Source of the DNA: Candidatus Latescibacterota bacterium
GTDB taxonomy: Bacteria > Latescibacterota > UBA2968 > UBA8231
Length of the DNA: 64,000 bases
Direction of reading: 5' to 3'
NCBI GenBank assembly: GCA_965248265.1
Contig: CBDFJF010000001.1
Span: forward strand, 224,001-288,000
The notes under the pieces were generated by a model that saw nothing but the letters and a program-made list of their open reading frames with translations, was not told the origin of the DNA and did not search any database. Positions 55,234 to 64,000 of this stretch are shown here, piece by piece; the first letter of the stretch is position 1; each line of letters starts with the position of its first letter. Made by a program: the position numbers and the translations under genes.

Positions 55234-56880
55234 TTCAAGAGCCCGTCGATCTCCGTGTCGAGTCTCTTCTGGTCGCCTTCGTCAAACCAGTATTCTCTTA
55301 ACAAGGGCGCTATCTCATGTCGGATCTTGCGCTCATACCAGGCATTGTCGAACGGGCCTACTTCGCCGGGTTTGGGGCAGAAGAAACTATGCCCGATGCA
55401 GTACCCTGTGCCCAAGTCCCGTGTGTTCTCCGAAATCGCCTTGTTCAACGCGCCCATCTTGGAAACGATTCTGTCGACGAGCGGACCTCCGACGCCAGTA
55501 TTGATGAGCACATCCCTAAAACGTGTGCTACGGAACGCCGGCTTCATGTCCACGAAAACGAACCTCCGACGGAGCGCGTAGTCAACCATGGCGAGGGACC
55601 GATCTGCGGTATTCATAGTCCCGATCAGAAACACGTTCTCTGGTACATAGAACCGGTCTCCATCTGGCTGATAAACTAGACTGACTCCTAACGCTGGATC
55701 TCGTTTGTCGTGCTCGATTAGCATGAGGAGTTCACCGAAAATTCTACTGAGATTACCCCGGTTTATTTCGTCGATGATCATCACATGTGGGTCATTAGCG
55801 TTCTTGAGGGCGTTCTCCACGAATTTGAAGAAGATCCCGTTCCTTAGCTCAAACCCCCCGGTGTCCCTTGGCCGGAATCCCTGGACGAAGTCTTCGTACG
55901 CATAGGATTGGTGAAACTGGACCGTGACTAGCTGCTCAATCCGCTCTTGTCCTAGCAGAGTCTTCGCGATTCTTCGGGCAGCGAATGTCTTCCCTACTCC
56001 TGGTGGACCCTGCAAGATTAGATTTTTCTTCTCACGTAGCAGCCCGAATGCTTCGTCAAACTCACTGGGTTCCATAAACAGGTCCGCGAGAGCGTCTTCC
56101 CGCGTGTAGGGAACGTCCCCCGAAGGCTTTGGTGCGGAGTCACGCGTTTCCGCCCAGGCAACGTAGGCACCTAGAAGCGAGGCCAGTTTGTTGTCCAGGT
56201 CAGATTGCGCCGAATTCTCTATCTCCATCTCACTTATGAACATCTCTAGCGACATTGCCAGGTAATAATCCCGCCCTAGTGTTCCCTTGGCGGGTTCCAC
56301 CGTGGGGCGATTGGTAGTGTCATCGTTTGCTGTCCAGAAGCTCTCAGTAAGTGCGGAAAGACCGTTGAGTTCTTCTGCTACCGTACGTGCCTTGTGCGTA
56401 CCGGTTTTGCCGGGATTCTCTGTTGTTGAGGCGCCGATGCCCAGGCGAATCCCCGGGCCGTCCGGGCTTCCATTCTCAGCACCGAATAGGAAGTGCACCA
56501 CGGGATACACTCCCGTCGTAGGCTTCGACGTAACGCGAGTGTCATACACAGCAACCCATGGCGTGACCGCCCAATTCCCAAGCCCGCAGGATGCACCACC
56601 CTTCCAGTGCTCGTTCGGTACCAGGAACTGTGCAAGTTTCTCAAACTCTCGAGCAAGGTCTTTACTCAACTGATAGATTTCTGTGTCAGAAGAGAAGGTC
56701 TCTGGTCTGTCTGGATAGACCTCCAGGAAAAGCTGGCAGAGTTCCCAGAACCCATAGGAATCGCCAGCCTCATCTGTACCCGCCTCCACACCAACCTCAC
56801 GTACCTCACCTGGCCTACGCTTGTTCTGCTCGAAAGCCACAAACTCTGGAAATCGCCTCAAATAGGGGTCGGTTATCCTA
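55230..56880 (-). pseudogene. mcrB: McrB family AAA+ GTPase (DUF3578-like domain), 5'-truncated by IS3
   Basis: GPPGVGKT, QFHQSYAYEDFVQG, IDEINRG, MNTADRS, IGHSFF; G.GNWA.TPW DUF3578-like; frame runs into IS end. Confidence 0.85.
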
Positions 56881-56931
56881 TGAATCGCCCCGGGGTTGCC
56901 GGAGGCTCCATTTCTTGAGAGGATTGGAGTC

Positions 56932-58163
<1,232 letters not shown>

Positions 58164-58193
58164 CCGAGTCTCCGAAAAACCCGGGGCGATTCA

Positions 58194-58490
58194 GTTCCGT
58201 ATGCGATTGTAGGATAACTGGGTCACATACCCTCTGGCGAACAAATCGCGAGTGGCCTCAAGCTCATGTCGCAGGGTGTCGGCTGCTGCTCGGCGATGAG
58301 ACAGTAGCAGGTGACGCTCCCGGAGCTCCAGCTGGCTCAGCTCCTGGTCCCTCGTCAACGCGTCCGCAGAAAGCAGGTCAGGCACGATGAGAATCACCAG
58401 CAGGGTGATTGCGGCTGAGAGACGGATTCCAATTGGCGAGTGTGTTCGCACGGACTGGGGCCTGGCCGGATCGAGGGTGGTCTTCGTCAA
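58194..58490 (-). pseudogene. 5' fragment of an exported/membrane protein gene cut by the IS
   Basis: TM/signal segment plus coiled-coil-like region; stop supplied by IS terminus. Confidence 0.45.
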
Positions 58491-58807
58491 GAGGGTCTAC
58501 GGGCGGGGCAGGTGGGAGAGGTTAGCTATCGCGGGACCACAAATCAATCATCAACGATTTCGAATCGAAACTCCAGTAAGATCCCGGTGCCACTCGCTTG
58601 TCTGTTTGTGGGTATTTTTGTGCATTTGTAGGGATGTCAGCCCAACTGGGGCGTTGTTAGGTTGGCTCCAATAGCACTTAAAGTTATATTTGACCTCATC
58701 TTACGATTTTCATGGAGGCTCCGCGGTGGTGCTGTCAAAGCTAGTCTCGGTAGCCTTCTCTTTGCCCGAATAACGGCGGTTCTCCAGGTCAATTCCCGAA
58801 GCGCGCT

Positions 58808-61585
58808 ATGTCCAAGACTTCCAGTGATGGTTTAGCCCGTCTACAAAACGAAAGCAGGATTCCCGCTTCGACCTGGCGGCAGTGGTGTAATCTCTTGAAG
58901 ATGGACTCAATGGAGGCCATCGATGTGTGGGAAGAGATCTGTCACCCCATCATGATCGCCAACAGAAAAGTACCTGAAATCCCATACATCCTTCAGCTGC
59001 GCTCCCAACGGCCACAGCTCGACATTTTCGAGTTCAAAGAAGAAATCGCCAAGGTCCTGAACCTGATCACCTTTCTGTACACTCTGGACGATGAGTGTCT
59101 GGTTAAAGGCAAGGTCAAGTCGGCGTTGCTCAAGCTCTACCGCAGCATCTCCACGAAAATGAGCCCGACTGAACCCTACACAGCGTTCATCGATCGCTTC
59201 TTGATCGAAGCGTTAATGATGGTCTTGGTGACCAAGGTACTCAAGGGACCCAACATCAGTCTGGCGGGCGTATTGAAGCCTCTCGTGGAGGGTCGTGGTT
59301 CCATCGTTCAGGTCATGCGCCTTGGGACGAAGTCGTTGGGGGAGGAGCCGTACGTCGACACAGTTCGTGAATGCCTTCAGGAGCATTTTCTTGACCCCGG
59401 TGCCAAGGTTTCCTCCGGCCCAACTAATGGAGCGTCATCGACATCAACGGATGAAAATGAAGAGGATGACGATGAGGCCGACGCCGGCGTTGTTGACGAC
59501 GTAGAGGACGAAGATGATGAGTACGACGAGGATGCTGAAAACGATGATGACGACGTTGCTGACGATGATGAAGATGATGAAGATGATGACGAAGCCGATG
59601 AGGATGACGATGAGGATGCTGGAGACGAAGAAGAAGATGATGATGATGACGACGAAGACGATGGGGATGCTGGGGACGAAGAAGAAGATGATGATGAGGA
59701 GGAGGATGATGATGAAGATGATGATGAGGACGAAGACGACGATGATGATGATGATGAATACGGCGACGACGACGACGATGATGATGACGCCGACGAACCG
59801 GTCGAGATCTTTCTGCTGAAGTTCAAAACCGCTCTACACTCCATCTACGAGTTTGAGTCAGGGGTTACCGATGACGCGGAGGAGATTCCTGAAGAGGACC
59901 AGGTGCTGGAGGCGCGCCTGAAGGCGACGGCAGTCTTCGATCCGCTCCACGCATCAATACCCTCGATGGAAGAGGCGCAAAACATCGCGCGCCGAGCTGA
60001 GCTCGCACGCAGTCCCAGGAAGCTGCACAAGGTAGCGCCAGCGCCCATAGGAGGGGGCGCGAGTGCCGGCGGCGCAGGTTCCGGCGGTGGCGGTGGCGGT
60101 GGAGCTGGTGGTGGAGCCGGTGCCGCAGGCTCTGTTACCGCGGCCGTTGCCGCAGCGAAAGCCGCTTCAGCGAGCGCCAAACATCCCTCAGATGCCGTCA
60201 AACCGAGAGCCGCGCCCCGAAAGGATGGACAGGCTGAGAGCCGGGTCAACATGGACAATGTCCAGGATGTTGACATCGACGCAGCTGACTACGTGGACGC
60301 GGCCGAGGTGACGTTCAATGAGTTCAGCGAGCGCGTTCATCAGGTCTGCGGCCAACTGGCCGGTGTAGAAAAAGCGGACCAGTCGGTTTGGGCCGTGTTC
60401 ATCGACCCTGCTGGCGATATCGACAATCCATCACAGCTGGCGCGCACAATGTCGATGGAAGGAACGGACGCGTTCAAGGCCTACGCCGTTATCAAAATGG
60501 CTTCCCAGTACCTGCAACTGAAGAATCTGCTGTCCATATCCGATCAGATCCTCAAGAAGGATCGCAACTTCATGATCGAGGTTACGCAGATGTTGAATCA
60601 CGTCAATAACGCGAATAAAACCCTGCAGCCTGACAGTCGGCAGCTGGTGCCTCTGGGCAAGACCCTCGACCATGCAGCGGCATCGCTGGTCAGGCTGGAG
60701 GCTCTGAGGATCAACTACAAATTCGGCCATGAGCACGGGGATGAGTACACGAAGGACTCTGTCACCGTTTACTATGAAGAAGCTCTGCGCTCCCTGACGG
60801 ACCTGACGGACCGTGATCTGCTGGCCGCGGCCAGACAGAAGGCGGACGCCGACACCGTCCAGATGCTGAAGGTTTTCGAGGCGGCCCGCTTCGTCGATGC
60901 CGTGAAGACCACGATCCGTGACTACGTCAAGGAACTGATTGACGCGGGACAGGGGAAGTCGGCGCCGGCCGTAGGGGCGCACACCATCGCTTCTCCGATA
61001 GAATTCGAGGACGCGGAAAAGACGGACGCAGATCCCATTCCACCCGAGTTCCTCAAGCCGAGCGACCTGGGCGAAGCCTACGATGCAGTTTGCGCGCACG
61101 TTTGCACGGAAAGTTGGTCTTACATGACACCCGTGCATCAACCCGAACAGGCGATGGATGACATCAGGGCCATCGTAAGGGAGTTGATGGTGGGCGCTGC
61201 GACCTTCCAGCCAGAGAAGAAGCGCCATCAGGAGAAACCGGCAATGGCGTTCTCCGTCGTCAGCCTGGACAAGGTCTCCGGCAACGCCAACCTCAAGGAT
61301 CTGTTCGTGCGGCTCAAGGAGGATGGTGAGATCAATTTCGTCGAAGACTATGAAGATGGCTCCTTCGTCGACCTCTTCGAGTTGCGGGAGTACAAGCCGG
61401 CTCGTATCGCGACTGCCGCCAAGAAGAAAGCGGAGGCTGAGGGCACAGAGTCTCTTCAGACCGGGCGCAAGTATCTTTATACCTTAGGCCGAACCAACAA
61501 GCTCTTCGGAGAAGCCCCGGCCGATATCATCAACAGCTGTGTCCGAGATGAAAACGGCGGACCCAAAGTGTTCGTCACCTTCTGA
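58808..61585 (+). CDS. Hypothetical 925-aa protein with about 115-aa Asp/Glu tract and Gly/Ala linker
   Basis: Uninterrupted ORF; D/E tract at about 59450-59800; no family recognised. Confidence 0.8.
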   Translation: MSKTSSDGLARLQNESRIPASTWRQWCNLLKMDSMEAIDVWEEICHPIMIANRKVPEIPYILQLRSQRPQLDIFEFKEEIAKVLNLITFLYTLDDECLVKGKVKSALLKLYRSISTKMSPTEPYTAFIDRFLIEALMMVLVTKVLKGPNISLAGVLKPLVEGRGSIVQVMRLGTKSLGEEPYVDTVRECLQEHFLDPGAKVSSGPTNGASSTSTDENEEDDDEADAGVVDDVEDEDDEYDEDAENDDDDVADDDEDDEDDDEADEDDDEDAGDEEEDDDDDDEDDGDAGDEEEDDDEEEDDDEDDDEDEDDDDDDDEYGDDDDDDDDADEPVEIFLLKFKTALHSIYEFESGVTDDAEEIPEEDQVLEARLKATAVFDPLHASIPSMEEAQNIARRAELARSPRKLHKVAPAPIGGGASAGGAGSGGGGGGGAGGGAGAAGSVTAAVAAAKAASASAKHPSDAVKPRAAPRKDGQAESRVNMDNVQDVDIDAADYVDAAEVTFNEFSERVHQVCGQLAGVEKADQSVWAVFIDPAGDIDNPSQLARTMSMEGTDAFKAYAVIKMASQYLQLKNLLSISDQILKKDRNFMIEVTQMLNHVNNANKTLQPDSRQLVPLGKTLDHAAASLVRLEALRINYKFGHEHGDEYTKDSVTVYYEEALRSLTDLTDRDLLAAARQKADADTVQMLKVFEAARFVDAVKTTIRDYVKELIDAGQGKSAPAVGAHTIASPIEFEDAEKTDADPIPPEFLKPSDLGEAYDAVCAHVCTESWSYMTPVHQPEQAMDDIRAIVRELMVGAATFQPEKKRHQEKPAMAFSVVSLDKVSGNANLKDLFVRLKEDGEINFVEDYEDGSFVDLFELREYKPARIATAAKKKAEAEGTESLQTGRKYLYTLGRTNKLFGEAPADIINSCVRDENGGPKVFVTF

Positions 61586-61590
61586 TATCA

Positions 61591-62508
61591 ATGGCCCATC
61601 ACCAGTTCGAGCCGCAGCATTACTACACCGCACTCGGAAGTCACCCTCCAGTGCTGGAGGTCGCTCCCGGAGACAGCGTATCGACCACGACCGTCGACTC
61701 TCAGGGCGGTGATGCGCGCGGTCAGCAGGTGACCGAGCGCGGCAATCCCCAGACTGGACCCTTCGCGGTCAAGGGCGCAGAACCCGGCGACTGTCTTGTC
61801 GTCAAGCTGGATAGGCTCCACCCTAACCGCTCACAGGGCTATACCAGAGGTGTGGTGGCCCCAAACGTGCTGGACCCCGGGTTTGTGCCGGAGTTCGACG
61901 GCGAGGTGGAATACGTGCGCTGGTCCGTCGACACCAACGCGGGCACGGCGCAGGTGTTGGAACCTGAGGGGTTGCTGACAGGCTTTTCCCTACCGCTGGA
62001 TCCGATGGTCGGGTGCTTTGGAGTGGCCCCGCCGCAATCCCAGGCAATCTCGACTGCCACGTCCTCCACCCACGGTGGCAACATGGACTACCGCGGGTTC
62101 AGGCAGGGGGTGACCGTCCTCTTTCCGGTTTTCGCCCACGGGGCCCTGTTCTTTATCGGGGATGGACACGCGATCCAGGGCGATGGTGAGATAGTTGGCA
62201 CCGGCATCGAGATATCCTTCGACGTCACTTTCACTCTCGACCTGATCAAGGGCAAAACCATCGGCTGGCCACGCGCCGAGAGCAGTGACTACCTGATGGT
62301 CGCAGGCAACGCCAGGCCCCTGGACCAGGCCGTCCAGCATGCCACCACGGAAATGGTCCAATGGTTGCAACAGGACTTTGCTCTCGACGCCAGGGCGGCG
62401 CATGTGCTGATGGGACAGGCCGTGGAGTACGACCTGGGCAACATCTACGATCCGGCGTACACGATGATATGCAAGATGTCGAAGTCGGTGCTGGCCGGGC
62501 TCAACTAG
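61591..62508 (+). CDS. Acetamidase/formamidase family protein
   Basis: TGPF.V.GAEPGD, HGGNMD, GDGHAIQGDGE..GTGIE. Confidence 0.9.
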   Translation: MAHHQFEPQHYYTALGSHPPVLEVAPGDSVSTTTVDSQGGDARGQQVTERGNPQTGPFAVKGAEPGDCLVVKLDRLHPNRSQGYTRGVVAPNVLDPGFVPEFDGEVEYVRWSVDTNAGTAQVLEPEGLLTGFSLPLDPMVGCFGVAPPQSQAISTATSSTHGGNMDYRGFRQGVTVLFPVFAHGALFFIGDGHAIQGDGEIVGTGIEISFDVTFTLDLIKGKTIGWPRAESSDYLMVAGNARPLDQAVQHATTEMVQWLQQDFALDARAAHVLMGQAVEYDLGNIYDPAYTMICKMSKSVLAGLN

Positions 62509-64000
62509 CGTCAGTCGAGGCGGGGCGATTCGGTTTGCGGCCGTTGTCCGATACTGGGCGATTCAACTGCAGTGGAATATCGATGTTTCGACCCTGCGCC
62601 ATGTCCATGAGAGCCGTCTGGAAATCATACGAGGGCTCATGAGGTTGCGGCCTCACCCGTCGGTAGGTGCCATCCGCCTGCAGCTGTCGCGTCTTCAGAC
62701 GATCCCCAAGGCAAAGCTGCAGGTCCCGCCACAGACGCTCCTTGTGCTTATCCTCCAAGATCGGGAACACGACCTCCACGCGGCTGCGCAGATTGCGGTT
62801 CATCCAATCGGCACTACCGGCCCAGATCTCCTGGTCTCCACCATTAGCGAAGTGGAATATCCGTGAGTGCTCCAAGTAGCGGCCGATCAGGCTGAACACC
62901 CTGATGCGGTCGCTCACGCCCGGTATACCAGGACGTAGACAGCAGATTCCGCGGACGATCAAGTCCACTTCCACTCCGGCCATGGAAGCCCGGTAGAGCG
63001 CGCGGATGACCTCCTGACTCGTAAGACCATTCATCTTGGCGATGATGGCGGCTGGTCGTCCAGCGGCGGCATGTTCGATCTCCCGGTCTATGCGCGCCAG
63101 CATCCCGTTCATCAGCGTGGTAGGGCCGACCAGCAGTTCACGAAACGATTCCGCTGAACCGGCCGTCAACAGGTTGAAGACTTCAGCGACCTCACGAGTG
63201 AGTTCCTCACGGGCCGTGAACATGCCGATGTCGGTGTAGAGACGGGCTGTGGTGTGATTGTAGTTGCCGGTGCCAAGATGGGCGTAACGGCGCAGGCCGT
63301 CTTCCTCCCGTCGCACGATCATGGACAGCTTGCAGTGTGTTTTCATCCCCACCAGGCCGTAGACGACGTGCACGCCGCTCTCCTCCAGCCGCTTTGCCCA
63401 CTCGATATTGGAGGCTTCGTCGAACCGGGCCTTCAGTTCGACGAGGACGGTCACTTCCTTGTCCTGCTGAGCGGCATCGATCAACGCACGCACGACCTCT
63501 GAATCCTCGCCCGTTCGGTACAGGGTCTGCTTTATGGCAAGGACGCGGGGATCTATCACTGCCATCCTGATGAACTCGATCACCGAGTTGAACGACTCGT
63601 AGGGATGGTGCACCAGGACATCGGCTGAGCGTATGCTGTCAAAGAGCAGGTCGGGGTCCCTGTTCAGTTGGCGCTCGACAGGTGTGTAGGGCTCGAATTT
63701 GAGGTCCGGCCGGGGAACCTCGGAGTAAATCGTCAACACTCTATTGAGGTTGACCGGTCCATCGGCGACGTAGACCTGTTCATCTTTCAGCTTGAACTGC
63801 CGCTGCAGGAAGCGGGTCAGCCGTGCCGGTGCCCCTGCCTCGATCTCCAGTCGAACCGTGTCGCCCTTGCGTCGGTTTTCCAGCGATTCGGCGATCTCGA
63901 CGAGCAGGTTGTCGGCTTCCTCCTCGTTGACGTAGAGTTCGCTGTTGCGCGTGGCCCGGAACGAGGCGGAACCGGTAACTTCGTAGCCTTCGAACAATTC
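62501..64000 (-). CDS. ppk1: Polyphosphate kinase 1 (5' end outside window)
   Basis: HHPYESF, IKQTLYR, ELKARFDE, KTHCK, GTGNYN, RYLEHSRI, GSADWM.RNL. Confidence 0.95.
   Translation of the reverse strand, partial: ELFEGYEVTGSASFRATRNSELYVNEEEADNLLVEIAESLENRRKGDTVRLEIEAGAPARLTRFLQRQFKLKDEQVYVADGPVNLNRVLTIYSEVPRPDLKFEPYTPVERQLNRDPDLLFDSIRSADVLVHHPYESFNSVIEFIRMAVIDPRVLAIKQTLYRTGEDSEVVRALIDAAQQDKEVTVLVELKARFDEASNIEWAKRLEESGVHVVYGLVGMKTHCKLSMIVRREEDGLRRYAHLGTGNYNHTTARLYTDIGMFTAREELTREVAEVFNLLTAGSAESFRELLVGPTTLMNGMLARIDREIEHAAAGRPAAIIAKMNGLTSQEVIRALYRASMAGVEVDLIVRGICCLRPGIPGVSDRIRVFSLIGRYLEHSRIFHFANGGDQEIWAGSADWMNRNLRSRVEVVFPILEDKHKERLWRDLQLCLGDRLKTRQLQADGTYRRVRPQPHEPSYDFQTALMDMAQGRNIDIPLQLNRPVSDNGRKPNRPASTDAS

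Larger units (their letters stand above)
50244..56880 (-). mobile_element. Phage-satellite/IME-like integrated element (right part lost at IS3)
   Basis: att-like site, xis-like gene, D5/SF3 helicase, XRE HTH, tyrosine recombinase and McrBC cargo, all on the minus strand; no structural phage genes. Confidence 0.7.

Noticed and set aside
59377-59844. Poly-serine ORF on the minus strand and Met/Thr/Lys-rich ORF at 59514
   Set aside because: Antisense and shifted readings of the Asp/Glu codon tract

Overview
GC-rich bacterial chromosomal window. The gene mix (orphan fliG, a DUF6785-like membrane protein, PhyH/TIM-barrel/amidohydrolase genes) suggests a Latescibacterota/Poribacteria-like organism; this is inference only. 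Bases 1-42.7 kb are mostly metabolic and signalling genes. They include an 11-subunit complex-I-like nuo operon lacking nuoEFG, a strongly eukaryote-like alkyl-DHAP synthase translationally coupled to a DHRS7/7B-like SDR, a G1P dehydrogenase, an HpnP-like radical SAM protein and an orphan fliG. Bases 43.3-47.9 kb form a TA/ATPase island with a duplicated vapBC module and an IS3 remnant. Bases 50.2-58.2 kb are a phage-satellite-like integrated element: tRNA-3'-end-like att, xis, iteron-like ori, Zn-finger/D5 helicase, HTH gene behind an attenuator-like leader, a tyrosine recombinase with an adjacent 13-8-13 loxP-like site, and McrBC truncated by an intact IS3. The window ends with a 925-aa protein carrying a very long acidic tract, an acetamidase and ppk1. 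The most unexpected non-coding signal is two tandem, promoter- and terminator-delimited structured RNAs at about 1.57-1.95 kb, one of which shares two identically ordered motifs with a structured intergenic region at about 15.4 kb.
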